In this document: piece after piece, positions 41,555 through 55,489 of the stretch
Numbering within the stretch: the stretch's first letter is position 1
Layout: every line of letters starts with the position of its first letter
Origin: Eledone cirrhosa
Lineage: Eukaryota
Direction of reading: 5' to 3'
Assembly (NCBI GenBank): GCA_964016885.1
Contig: OZ024748.1
Coordinates: 50,530,001 to 50,594,000 of the forward strand
DNA length: 64,000 nucleotides
Notes under the pieces: generated by a model
The model's input: the letters and a program-made list of their open reading frames with translations, nothing else
What the model was told of the DNA's origin: nothing
Database searches by the model: none
Program-made: the position numbers and the translations under genes

Positions 41555-41668
41555 TTCCCTTACACTTCTCGCACGCAATTTAGTTTAGTATTGCCTGTGT
41601 GAAGTGATCATTTCTGCGCATGCGCGTTCGTACGGTTGTCCTTCCTGTTCCGTATAGCCATGCCCATT

Positions 41669-41710
41669 ACGAGCTGAAGATCCGCTAAGGTGAAACAATT
41701 GTTCCCGGTA
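41669..41710 (+). ncRNA. minimal type I hammerhead motif
   Basis: CGAG-CTGAAGA-T-CC..GG-T-GAAA-CAATTG-TT-CCCG; downstream sequence is similar to the 30466 copy. Confidence 0.65.
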
Positions 41711-41736
41711 GGGTGAACTAACTGTTGTATAACCAC

Positions 41737-41764
41737 TTCTCTCTGGAGGTATATATAAATGAGG

Positions 41765-41796
<32 letters not shown>

Positions 41797-41827
41797 GATG
41801 AAGAAATTATATATATGTATGTATATA

Positions 41828-41871
<44 letters not shown>

Positions 41872-41876
41872 TATAT

Positions 41877-41915
<39 letters not shown>

Positions 41916-41928
41916 TATATACACACAC

Positions 41929-42013
<85 letters not shown>

Positions 42014-42102
42014 TACATACATATATATAATTTCTACATTCGTAAATATATATATATATATAATATATATATATATCCTCATTTATATATACATCCAGAG
42101 AG

Positions 42103-42104
<2 letters not shown>
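41737..42104. repeat. imperfect inverted duplication spanning microsatellites
   Basis: ttctctctgga.gtatatataaatgagga and agaaattatatatatgtatgta are mirrored at the right end. Confidence 0.8.
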
Positions 42105-42187
<83 letters not shown>

Positions 42188-42629
42188 AAGAATAAGAAAA
42201 AGAGAGAAATATGTGAGTGAGGGGTGAGCATGTGTGTGTTTACATATATGAGCTCGTATAGATATAATCAAGAAATGAGAGAGTTAAATAGAAATTGGAT
42301 TTTCACATTATGAGAGAAATTTGCCTGATTCAAATGGCGCCCTATTATGCGGCTGACTGATTTGGTGGCAACTTGTTCAGTCCTCTGTACAAAATAACAT
42401 GCAGGCTTAGAGAACAACGATAACTGCAGCAGCAAATACAACAACAACAGTAACAATAACTGCAGCAACACAATAACAACATTTGTAGTGTCAGAAGTAA
42501 GCAGCTCAGTAAGTAAAATAAAAACCAAAAATATACACAAAATGAAAGAAAATAATCGACTTTAACAATTGTAACATTAACAGTGAAAGACAAAACAGTT
42601 AGGAACATCAATAATTATATCATGTGAAG

Positions 42630-43560
42630 TAACTAGCACCAGCACTGCTACTACAGTTACCACAATTACTGTAACTTCTTTCATTTTCCCCACAACCACC
42701 ATCACTACCTCCATTATCTTTCTCACAACCCCCACTACCATCACAACCCCTCCATCGTCACCACCAACATGAACCTCGCCACAACAAACAAACTCAATAT
42801 TGCTATCACAACAACTAGAAGGAACACTACTACTTCAGTTATCACAACTACTGTAACTTCTTTCATTTTACCCACAACCACCATCACTACCGCCTCCATT
42901 ATCTTTATCACAACCTCCACCACCACCACTACTACACTATCATCACCATCACTATCATGTACCACATCACAACAAACAAACTCAATATTACTATCACAAC
43001 AACTAGAATCACCACCACTACTACAGCCACCACAACTACTGTAACTTCTTTCATTTTACCCACAACCACCATCGCTACCACCTCCATTATCTTTCTCACA
43101 ACCTCCACCACCATCATGACCCCATCCTCATCATCATCAACGATATGACCCTCACCACAACAAACAACACTAATATCAATATCACAACAACTAGAAGCAC
43201 CACAACGACCACCATCCTCTTTTTCACAACCTCCACCACCATCATCACCCTCACCATCATCACCATCAACAATATGACCCTCACCACAACAAATAACACC
43301 AATATCAATATCACAGCAACGAGAAGCACCACAACGACCACCATCCTCTTTTTCACAACCTCCACCACCATCATCACCCTCACCATCATCATCATCACCA
43401 TCGTGAAACTCACCACAACAAACAACACCAATATCAATATCACAACAAAGAGACGCATCACCGCTACCACAATCAACACAATTACTGTAACTTTCATCAC
43501 TTTCGCACAACCTCCACCACCATCAGCCCCTCCATCATCGTCACCTTCATGATCCTCATC
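42630..43560. repeat. degenerate AC-rich tandem repeat (units of about 185 bp, then about 126 bp)
   Basis: actgtaacttctttcattt recurs three times; atgaccctcaccacaacaaa recurs twice. Confidence 0.8.
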
Positions 43561-43562
43561 AC

Positions 43563-43739
43563 AGTATCGGTAGAGGGTCGGACGCCATGCTTTCCAGCAT
43601 AGTTACATCCCTTTACGGTCTGAATTCAAATCCCGCCGAGGTTGACTTTGCCTTTCATCCTTACAGGGTCGATAAAATAAAGTACCAGTAATGTACTGGG
43701 TTATTGCTGGCCTTGTGCCTAAAGTAGAAACAATTATTA
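43563..43739 (+). mobile_element. SINE family A
   Basis: Near-full copy. Confidence 0.85.
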
Positions 43740-44017
43740 CAACAAACATTACTCCCCCCCCCCCATAGTGCAACTACTGCAACCAATATCATCATCATCC
43801 TCACCAGCAGCAGCAGCAACAGCAGCAGCAGCATATTTACTATCGTCAATGTCGCCCGCATCATCATCATCATCGTCATCAATATCACCATCACTATGAG
43901 CCCGCTGATAATCAACAACATCACTATTCTTTTATTCTGTTATTCTTTAACTGATTTCGCTGATTAGATTGCGGCCTCACATTGGAGCATCACATTGGCA
44001 TCACTGGGGCATCACAT

Positions 44018-44360
44018 TGACTCAGACTCAGAAGCTTCCGCGTCTTGCGACGCATGAGGCAATCATAGTGTTCCACCGCGTTCGGTCAGCAGCCAGTTGC
44101 ACAGCGTCCCGCCATTGTCTGTTTGTCGCTCTTAGGTCCCTCTCAACTGTCTGGCGCCAGTTCATTTTGGGTCGCCCTCTCCGTCTGCTTCCCTGTGGGT
44201 TCCATTTAAGTACTTGGGTCGCCAGTCTCTCCGGGGGAAGTCTCAAAGCGTGCCCAAACCAGCCGAGGCGTCGCTTGCAGATGGCAGAAGAGACTAGCTG
44301 CTGGTTGGTGCGGTTCCTGACTTCCTGGTTTGTTACATGGTCACTCCATTTAATGGTCAC
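44018..44360 (-). mobile_element. RTE LINE 3' end
   Basis: IKWSDHVTNQEV...KRRLGWFGHALR...WNPQGSRRRGRPK..W...DRTRW; (CTGAGT)2 tail. Confidence 0.9.
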
Positions 44361-44779
44361 TCCATTTAATCACATTGAGAGAAGCATTAGACCAATCATA
44401 TCGATCACATTACTTTTCTTTTTCAAGTTTGATACTTATTTTACCGATCACATTTTCATCGAACCACTAGGTTACGGAATATAAACAAACAAAAATTACA
44501 CGTAGATGCTCTCGTACACACCACCATCATCAAAACAAACAGTGCCACGAGAACTACTTCTATCACCACCGCAAAACCGCCATTGTCGCCATCATCTTCA
44601 CCACAATCTGCACCACACCACCTTCATTAAAATAAACAGTAACACGAGAACTACGACAATCACCACCATAACACCATAACACCGCCATTAGCTTCATATT
44701 CTTTGTCACAATCTGCACCACACCACCATCCGAACCACCACAATCACCACCACAACATCACCATTATCATCGCCATTTC

Positions 44780-45170
44780 GACTGTCCCTTGTGTGTTGGC
44801 AGATGTGTTGACCTTCATCAGCCCGGTTTTTTTCTTGGTTATCTTGAGCACTGTCCCGACTGACGTGGTCTCCAAGCGTGAGTTCTTGTCCTATATCTGG
44901 TCGCAACTGTGTGACAAGAATGCCAGGTCATCACCAAAATATCGAGGCCTTCCAGTTGTGTCTAGGGTGTCTACTGTATATCGTTGTCTTCCTGTCTGTT
45001 TCAGTGGGGTTCCTTATCCAATCAATGACCAGGGACAAGAGTAACGGTGACAGCAAGCACTCCTGATGCACTCCGGTCTTCACTCCGAGACTCTCTGACA
45101 GTTGGCCGGCGTCTGTGATCTTACAGCTCATGTCTTCGTAAGTGCACCAGTTGAGGGTGACGATCTTCAT
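44780..45170 (-). mobile_element. decayed RTE RT-domain fragment
   Basis: VKTGVHQECLLSPLLLSLVIDWI followed by a frameshifted DDLAFLSH. Confidence 0.8.
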
Positions 45171-45172
45171 CC

Positions 45173-45470
45173 CTACCCCAGTGCATTACTGGTACTTTAT
45201 TTTATTGACACCGTAAGGATGAAAGGCAAAGCTAACCTCAGTGGTATTAGAATTGGTTTCTACTTTAGGCACAAGGCCAGCAATTTGAAGCCAGGGCTAA
45301 GTCGATTAAATCATCCACAGTATATTTATGGTGCTTTATTATATTGACACCGTAAGGATGAAAAGCAAAGCTAACCTCGGTGATATTTGAAGTTAGAACC
45401 TAAAGGGACGTAACTGTATGCCATAAAGCATGTTATCCAACGCTCTACTAATATTGCCAATACCTCGCTC
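45173..45470 (-). mobile_element. two adjacent SINE family A pieces
   Basis: Central-domain fragment, then a long-variant copy. Confidence 0.75.
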
Positions 45471-45734
45471 TACAACAATATAACAATAGAACCGCAATCA
45501 TCAACATATTCAAACTCAGCTCTTTAGACGAAAGTAATTAAACATTACATCTCGTAAATCCCTCCATTGTGGTACTCTCTGCCTTTTCAAGCCCAACATC
45601 ATCATCAACATCACTTATTATCTTCGGGATGAAGGCGAGGGCGGTGATGAAGACGAAAACTATGATGATGTTGATGATGATAATGATAAAGACAAATATA
45701 ACGATTTCTATAATGATCACGGGGATGGTAATGG

Positions 45735-45767
<33 letters not shown>

Positions 45768-45782
45768 CGTTGGTGGTGGTGG

Positions 45783-45816
<34 letters not shown>

Positions 45817-46134
45817 AAACGAGGAGGACGACGAAAAAGGGGGACGAGGAGAAGCACGAGAGGGAGGGAGGAGGACGGTGAAGGGGAGGGTGTGAGGAAA
45901 GGGAAGAGGTCAAGGAAGAGGATAAAGACGAGAGGATACGCGAAAGAGGTTGATTAGAAGGAAGAGGGGGAGAAGAAGGAGGAGGAGTTGGAGGAAGGTG
46001 ATGCTAATAAAACCGTACACAACCAGGAATGATAGATCAGTGATTAACCACCGTGTAAGATAGTTACATTTCTAAAACCGAATATTTCGACAAACTCAGT
46101 ATCAAGAAATATAGCAAAATTACCATTAACAATG

Positions 46135-46135
46135 C

Positions 46136-46207
<72 letters not shown>

Positions 46208-46227
46208 TAGTAGTAGTAGTAGTGGTG

Positions 46228-46259
<32 letters not shown>

Positions 46260-46262
46260 GGT

Positions 46263-46335
<73 letters not shown>

Positions 46336-46444
46336 AAGTAGTAGCAGTAGCAGCAGCAGCAGTAGCAGTAGTAGTAGTAATAGTAGTAGTAGTGGTAGTA
46401 GTAGCAGTATTAGTAGTAGCAGTAGCAGCAGCAGCAGCAGTAGC

Positions 46445-46487
<43 letters not shown>

Positions 46488-46520
46488 CTAGTAGTAGTAG
46501 TAGAAGTAGTAGTAGTAATA
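46135..46520. repeat. (AGT/AGC)n tract
   Basis: Directly visible. Confidence 0.95.
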
Positions 46521-46785
46521 GAAAACATTATATAAATAGTGATAAAATGTATGAAGAAATGCCCCCGAATAAAACAAGTATGAATGTAAGAATGCAACAA
46601 AAAAACAAGAGAAACTCAACAAAAACACGAAACGATAGGAAACAATGGAATATAAATAATTATGCAAATTTCTATTGGAAAATTATTCCTTTGAGCTTAA
46701 AATAAATTCTAAACATTTACCTAGGTATAAATCAATTTACATTTGTGAAGAATATAATAAAATATATCCTCTACAAAAATATCAA

Positions 46786-46828
<43 letters not shown>

Positions 46829-46839
46829 TATATATACAC

Positions 46840-46890
<51 letters not shown>

Positions 46891-47039
46891 TATATATATA
46901 CGTGAATGTATAGATATATATATATGTGAGTGTGTATGTCGTTCTCTCGGTCTGTCTGTCAGTCTGTCTATTTGTGTGTATATATGCGTATATACATTTG
47001 TTCCTGTATGCGTATGTTTATATATATATATATATATAT

Positions 47040-47232
47040 AACGAAGGAAATGTGGTAAGGAACCAGGTGGACCATAAAGCACCAAAGTATTCAATACTTA
47101 GGGTAGTAGAGTGGGTAATAGGAACGAGTAGGACCCCGACGGCTAATTCTGGACTAAACGTCTGGACTATTTTAGTCCAGAATTAGCCGTCGAAACGGCT
47201 TGAGCTCGGCCGTCGGTGTCCTACTCGTTCCT
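47040..47232. mobile_element. structured (TA)n-flanked insert with nested inverted repeats
   Basis: taggaacgagtaggac/gtcctactcgttccta and gacggctaattctggactaaa/tttagtccagaattagccgtc; second copy at 50849. Confidence 0.7.
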
Positions 47233-47317
47233 ATATATATATATATATATATATATATTAGGATTGTTATATATATATATGTGTGTGTGTATGTGTATGT
47301 GTAGACAAATTAATGGT

Positions 47318-47690
47318 AATAATTGTTTCTACTTTAGTCACAAAGCCAGCAAATACTCAGTGCATTACTGGTACTTTATTTTATCGACCCCGTAAGGATG
47401 AAAGGCAAAGTCAACCTCGGCGAGATTTGAACTCAGATCGTAAAGGGACGTAACTATGCTGGAAAGCATGGCGTCCGACCCTCTACCGATACTACCAATC
47501 CACCGGTAATAATAATATATAATAATAATAATAATCCCATTGGTAATAATAATAATTGTTTCTACTTTAGGCACAAGGCCAGCAATTAACCAGATCATTA
47601 CTGGTACTTTATTTTATCGACCCCGTAAGGATGAAAGGCAAAGTTAACCTCGGCGGGATTTGAACTCAGATCGTAAAGGGACGTAACTAT
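47318..47690 (-). mobile_element. two SINE family A copies (47318-47505 full, 47548-47690 truncated)
   Basis: TSD ggtaataat around the first copy. Confidence 0.85.
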
Positions 47691-48184
47691 GAATAATTTC
47701 TAATGTAAGCACAGTGTCAAACAGTTGTGTGGAGGGATATACTTTTGGAACAAAGCACTGAAGATCTGCTAGATATATCATATCTATGATACAAGCCCTT
47801 TAAAAGAGGAGAGAAGCAGATAATCCATACACAAACATATCGGATAAAAAATCTATGCGATGGTTACGGCTGGATCACCCATTCAATGAAGATCACGGCT
47901 GACTTGGTAAAAAGCAACAACTATTAAAATAGTTCCTAAATTAGTTTACACGGGAGTGATAAAAGTAATATCGTCCCCGGCAGAATTTATTGTTTACACT
48001 TTCAGGGAAGTCAATGTAGTTCTCCATTCTGTTTGTTGCTCTACCTATTGTGTAAATCCATCATAGTCAGAGAAATAACGATGAGTTCTAACATCAGCGC
48101 ATGTCTAGAAATTGAAGTAGACGGAGAAAATCAATTAAATGAACACCAGTTCATAATTCTTACATTGTTTTAAATGTATTTCAA

Positions 48185-48801
48185 ATAATTGTTTCTACTT
48201 TTGGCACAAGGCCAGCAAATACCAGTACATTACTGGTACTTTATTTTATCGACCCCCTAAGGATGAAAGGCAAAGTAAACCTCGACGGGATTTGAACTCA
48301 GACCGTAAAGGGTCGTAACTCTGCTGGAAAGCATGGTGTCCGACCCTCTACCGATACTGCCAATTCACCGCCCTCCATGTATTTCAAATAATTTTTTCTA
48401 CTTTAGGCAGAAGGCCAGCCATTAACCAGTGAATTACTGGTACTTTATTTTATCGACCCCGTAAGGATGAAAGGCAAAGTAAACTTCGGGGGGATTTGAA
48501 CTCAGATCGTAAAGGGACGTAACTATGCTGGAAAGCATGGCGTCCGACCCTCCACCGATACTGCCAATCCACCAACCATGTATTTCAAATAATGGTTTCT
48601 GATTTAGACACAAGACTAACAACTGTGAGAGAAGGGTAATTCGATTAAATCGACTCCAGTGAGTTACTGGTACTTTAATTTATCGACTCCGTAAGGATGA
48701 AAGGCAAAGCTAATCTCGACTGAATTTGAACTCAAAACGTAAAGGGACGTAACTATATTCCAGAAAGCAGGTAACTGCAGATATTGCCAACCCCCGCCCT
48801 C
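48185..48801 (-). mobile_element. three tandem SINE family A copies
   Basis: 48185-48373, 48388-48573 and 48588-48801, separated by tgtatttcaaataat. Confidence 0.9.
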
Positions 48802-49087
48802 AACTGTATCTCAAATAATGAAACACTCAGCGGGATTTAAAAAAGACGTCACTGACGATTGCTACATAGCTTGTGAAGCATTGTTTTGTCGTGTTTGGAT
48901 TTAGTGAGCATCCAGTATGTGACAATTTCATCCGTCCCAACAATTTGATTCAAGATCACATTTACAGATAAGCTATATTAATGTCTATTCTCGTGCTTGC
49001 ATTCGCTAACTAATTCGAAATTCTTGTCACTTTTAGATGGAGATATCCGAATTCAATTAAATTCGATACTTTTAAATTGCTCTTTGT

Positions 49088-49295
49088 AAGGCGTGTGGCT
49101 GAGTGGTTAGAGAATTGGATTCGCAATCGTAAGGTTGTGAGTTCGAATCCTGGACCAGGTGATGCGTTATGTCCTTGAGCAAGACACTTTATTTCACGTT
49201 GCTCCTTCTACCTGGAGTTGCGACCGATAGATAGTATTAGCAATTGGAAAGACCAACGGAAACATTGTTCCCTCGGTCCGAATTGACGAAAGTCG
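49088..49295 (+). mobile_element. tRNA-derived CORE-type SINE
   Basis: A box TGGCTGAGTGG, B box GTTCGAATCC, CORE-like TGTCCTTGAGCAAGACACTTTATTTCAC. Confidence 0.8.
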
Positions 49296-50660
49296 ATCGT
49301 CTTTTCTTCTTTTGTAACTAAAGCTGTAGATTTTTTAGGCATTTGCACAGTTGAATTACTCCTAGCAATTATATAGGCACTGTTACAGCTGAAAATACGT
49401 TGTACAATTTATAGAATACAATTCCAGTGTGGAATTCTTTAGGAATTAAGCGTTTTTGTATACAATATGAGATTTCACATACAGAATATGTTTTTGCCCC
49501 TTTATACAGAATATGTTTTTGCCCCTTCGGCGCAGGATTAATACATCTGCACTTAAAGCTTGTAACTAGTTTGTATTTGTGACCATTCAGCGTAATATAA
49601 TCTTTGCATGTGGTTTAAACATTGTATATTTGCATCTAGCTAGGTCTGTTTACTAAAGCCTAATTGTAAATGCTGTCATCAGTATTGTATTATATTGCCA
49701 TGTGTAAATTTTCTATTTAAGAGCTACCTGTTATTGTTGCTAATACACAGAGGTTTTTGTCAAAGAAAGTAAACCGTTTTTTTTTAAATTCTTATTTGTC
49801 GTAATGTCTGATTTTAGTGTTTCTATTTAACTTAATTTTCTGGTTATCGGTTTAAACATCCTCAGAAGCATTACTCAATCATGCAATTATGTATTATTTA
49901 TCCTAGGACTTGCTATGTTATACCCTATTATAGAATACACGAGGGATCTTTAAAGAGTCGTAATGGAGTCTATGTCTTCATCTTCAAATACGAATCGGGA
50001 ACATTATCCTTTTATTGGGCTTCATATTGATTTCCAGCAACAAATTTGAAACATCATGGTGTATATTAGCATTTAGTATAATATATGTCAACGTTACACT
50101 TTATTACATTCTCTGTAACGAGGAAAATAACAAAAAAACAGCCATTATAATCAAGAATAACAAATAACGAAAGTTAGCAAATGTTGACATGTATATAAAT
50201 ATTATATATATAATCACATTGCTTTGCATAACTCAAATAATCTGAAAAGCAGGTTCAGTCTACGATACTCTCAGCTAGATTGAAGAGTTTACTTCACTCG
50301 ATAGATTCAGATTGAGGGACTCTATTTCTATATAAACGTTTGATGTAGAACGTTCAGGATTTTCACCTGTACGCTTACTTCACACTCAGACACACATGCA
50401 CCCACACGCACATACACACACACATATACACATACACATACACACACACATATATATATATACATATAAAAATGATTATTACAGGATAAAAACAATTTCA
50501 TTCATATAAAATCAGCTTGGACATGTAGAAGTCATTTTTATGACATAAATATGCTTCTTGTCTGCTGACGTATCGAATAACTTATTTCTTAGCTGTGGAT
50601 ATTTCCCAAACCCCTTCCGGATACTGACCTTAACTTTCTCCCTAACTCTTTCTCTCGCTC

Positions 50661-50973
<313 letters not shown>

Positions 50974-51157
50974 ATATATATATATATATATGGTATTTTT
51001 GACCGTTGGTCAGTCAATGGTAACATTGAGGACCGAATAAATATAATTAACCGATATAAAAGACACACAAACGAAAACCAACCAAACAGTGAGGGTGTTC
51101 TGTTATTAATTCTGGCAATATTATTACACAAATATCACCCCCCCCCCAAGTATAACA

Positions 51158-51180
<23 letters not shown>

Positions 51181-51189
<9 letters not shown>

Positions 51190-51534
51190 CGTAAAATAAG
51201 AAAATTATAAAATTAACTTACTTACTAAATGATGTCCCGTGATTGATTCTTTTTAAATTTGCCACAGACGAAGAGGCAGTGATTTTCTCAATGGCTAGGA
51301 ATCCAGTCCACGCTTCGCTATTTCCTTTCCACTGAATTATTTTTTTTAATAAGTTTCCAGAGTCCTCGCTATGCCTGGAGACTTACACGGAAAAAGACTT
51401 TCCTGATGACGGAATGATTTTCTATATATTTCTTCGGAAAATATATTTACTCCATTCCAGAAACTAATTAGTTGGAAGTGATTTTTTAGTAAGTAAGTTA
51501 ATTTTATAATTTTCTTATTTTACGTCTCTCATAT
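51181..51534 (+). mobile_element. HHR-bearing insert with a 49-bp terminal inverted repeat
   Basis: 51181-51229 is the exact reverse complement of 51485-51533. Confidence 0.8.
51397..51479 (+). ncRNA. type I hammerhead ribozyme motif
   Basis: ACTTTC-CTGATGA-C-GGAATG...CATTCC-A-GAAA-CTAATTAG-TT-GGAAGT. Confidence 0.8.
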
Positions 51535-51648
51535 TATTGTTCTGCAACCCCATGCATTGAACCACAATGTTAATAAGACAAAACCTATATATTTGCTAGC
51601 ATTGATATGCATCTGTGTGTATATAAATGTTACTAGATATAAATTCCT

Positions 51649-51816
<168 letters not shown>

Positions 51817-51839
51817 TATATATATATATATACACACAC

Positions 51840-51900
<61 letters not shown>

Positions 51901-52343
51901 TATATATATATATATGTACATAAACATAAACCAAAAAGGACACACATAACCACGGTGTCTCGAGCACTGGAGGTAATCGAGCTGAACGGAATAGCCCAAC
52001 TGCTAGGTCTAACTATTTGAAGCCAAGAAATATATAAAAACATTCAAACAATTCTTTACAAATTCCCACCCGAATTCAAGCGAATATGATCATCTCGTAT
52101 TGATTTTGGCCAAACGTCTTCCGTGAAAAACAGCTTTGTTTCAAATATATACTGTTACATGAACAAAACCTAATTAGGTAACTTCGGGTTCAAATGTTCT
52201 AGCCCTGTGAAATATATGATGTAAGACAAAAATGAAGCTACAAGATTGAATTCTTTAAAGTCGATATCGTTGTGTATGCCGTAGTATAATTATGGTCCAG
52301 TCTGAGTAAGCTGGAACTACAAATACATACATACTCACACATA

Positions 52344-52418
<75 letters not shown>

Positions 52419-52452
52419 AAGGACGATTTGTTATTCCGTCATTACATTTATT

Positions 52453-52543
52453 GATTGGTGACGCGCGTTTCGCAATTGATCAACTCAATGTTCGATCTAT
52501 ATCGATCTGGTCCGACTCTTGAATCAAAAGCTCGTCGGACATC
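52453..52543 (-). ncRNA. type I hammerhead, U4C variant
   Basis: GT-CCGACGA-GC..TTGAT...ATCAA..GC-GAAA-CGCGCG-TC-AC; AATAAA immediately downstream. Confidence 0.65.
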
Positions 52544-52570
52544 TGCTGTTTATATATATATATATATATA

Positions 52571-53083
52571 ATAAATCAGGAAAGAAGAGTCACACGGTTT
52601 GCTATACAAAAAAGGTTTTTAATCTCATTGCTGACAATTGTTTCTCTGAACTGGTAGGTCTAGAGATCGCTATCCGCTTATTTTCGCGTTATTCGATCAC
52701 CAATACAAAATTATAACCAGTCAGTTCATCGGAGCTTGCGAGAATGAAGAGAATATACAGGCATGAAAAGAATATACAGGCTACTATATGTAGTAGTAAT
52801 GGCATTCAGTTAGAACAATAACAACAATATCAACAATGCTAGCAATAAATTATTTGAAATAATCACAACATCAATCTAGGTGGGAATTATAGTATATCCA
52901 TGATTTTAGCGTGTAAAACTAGCTGACATGAGGCAGATGTATGAAATTGACATGTAAAGACTGTCGCAGGGTGTATTATATTGTTGAGTCAAACTTAGCC
53001 AAGCGTTGATATCATTCACTACCCGGAGTACCATAACTGGACTACACCTAAGTGGACTGCATATAACTATTATTTGTTACCCC

Positions 53084-53084
<1 letters not shown>
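52571..53084 (-). mobile_element. HHR-bearing tandem unit 1
   Basis: HHR at 52623-52743: GCT-CCGATGA-A-CTGACTGGT...ACCAGTTCAG-A-GAAA-CAATTG-TC-AGC; (TA)n on both sides. Confidence 0.8.
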
Positions 53085-53141
<57 letters not shown>

Positions 53142-53147
<6 letters not shown>

Positions 53148-53583
53148 CAGGAAAGAAGGATGACATGGTTTGCTATACAAAAAAGGTTTTTAATCTCATA
53201 GCTGACAATTGTTTCTCTGAACTGGTAGGTCTAGAGATCACTATTCGCTTATTTTCACGTTACTCGATCGCCAATACAAAATTATAACCAGTCAGTTCTT
53301 CGGAGCATGCGAGAATGAAGAGAATACACAGGCAAGAAAAGAATATACAGGCTACTATATGAAGTAGTAATGGCATTCAGTTAGAACAATAACAACAATT
53401 ACAACAATGCTATTAATAAATTATTTGAGGAGACCCTGACATTACTTAGGTGGGGGGTATAGTGTATCTAAGATTACGCCTTGTTGAGTCAAACCAAGCC
53501 AAGCGTTAATATCATCCACTACCTGGAATACCATAACTGGACTATACCTAAGTGGACTGCATTTAACTATTATTTGTTACCCC

Positions 53584-53584
<1 letters not shown>
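53142..53584 (-). mobile_element. HHR-bearing tandem unit 2
   Basis: Same ends as unit 1; HHR at 53194-53314 with core CCGAAGA. Confidence 0.8.
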
Positions 53585-53641
<57 letters not shown>

Positions 53642-54085
53642 AGAGAGAAAGGGTGGGAAAAGAGGGGGAAGGAGATTATATGAATAAGGGTACTGAATCT
53701 ACTAAAGTTATGATCCTAAGTAAAAATTCGTAATATAAAATTCCAACAATCAATTGCGAACTCAATACCTCTCACAGAGTTATTCAATGATTTTATTTTT
53801 ACACGTTTTGATTAATTAAATCATACATTCCTAAGCACACACAGTTTTCAGTATCCAATATAGTCTGTAAAAGTCTTTACTGATTATATCTGACTACACG
53901 TTTATATATTTATGTATGCAGATAGGTTTTGTATTAATAAAAGAGACATGAATGGAGACAAAGTGGGAAACACATACATACAGACAGACATACACACACA
54001 CACACACATATATATATATGTATGTATAAATACACACACGCACACATACATATATATATATATATATATACATACATATATATGT

Positions 54086-54150
<65 letters not shown>

Positions 54151-54256
54151 TATGTATATATATATACATGTGTATATATATATATATGTATATATATACA
54201 TGTATATATATATATGTATATATATATGTATATATATATGTTTATATATACATATA

Positions 54257-54310
<54 letters not shown>

Positions 54311-54326
54311 AATATACATATATATG

Positions 54327-54405
<79 letters not shown>

Positions 54406-54410
54406 GTGTG

Positions 54411-54442
<32 letters not shown>

Positions 54443-54621
54443 TATGTACGTATATATATATATATGTATATATAAATATAATGTACTTTCATTTTCACAT
54501 ATAAATATGGACATATAAACGTATATTGTTTTGCATGCAAAATCACAAACACAAAGAAAAACATTTGGTCCTCTCTCGCCTGCTCATTTTACTTTCCCTC
54601 TCTTTATGAGAATAGATACGT

Positions 54622-54685
<64 letters not shown>

Positions 54686-54941
54686 AATATTTATTCAGTA
54701 AATGTGCCTTTATACATGAACGAATTGATACAAATCAGAATATGGCATATACCTATATTTACATTTCCACATCGAAACAAAGGTGTGCAGATTTCGGTTA
54801 TATTGATTACTCATACATACGTATACATCCAAGAGTAAATATACATTTCCTAAATCTAAATGAAAATATTTTTATAATTATATATGCTCCTGTGCATGTG
54901 AGGGCGTATATTGTTTAATTACATACATATACACACTGCGG

Positions 54942-54973
<32 letters not shown>

Positions 54974-55266
54974 TGTATGTATGTATGTATGTATGTATGT
55001 ATGTATGTATGTATGTATGTATGTATGTATGTATGTATATATGTATTTATATAATTATAATTACTATATATAAATATATATATATTTACACACACACACA
55101 TACACATATATATATATAGTATAATATGATATATATATAGTATAATATGATATATATATAGTATAACATGATATATATATATGTATATATATATAAATAA
55201 ATAAATAAATATCTATATATATATATATATATATAGTATAATATGATATATATATATAGTATAATA

Positions 55267-55335
<69 letters not shown>

Positions 55336-55489
55336 TGATTCATCAAAAAACATTTTTCAATTTCTAATTTCCTATTGATTAAGCGAAATGGCAACAGCGA
55401 TTATTTTTCTATTTTCGTTTCATATATTCTATTATATAGGGGTAGCATTTGTTATCTTGTTATTTTACAACATTCTGTAAGAGGTATTA

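Noticed and set aside
42741-43552. Mucin-like Thr-rich ORFs
   Set aside because: Degenerate tandem repeat with inconsistent frames and no splice or signal-peptide support
49088-49160. Possible tRNA gene
   Set aside because: A and B boxes continue into a SINE body; no complete cloverleaf
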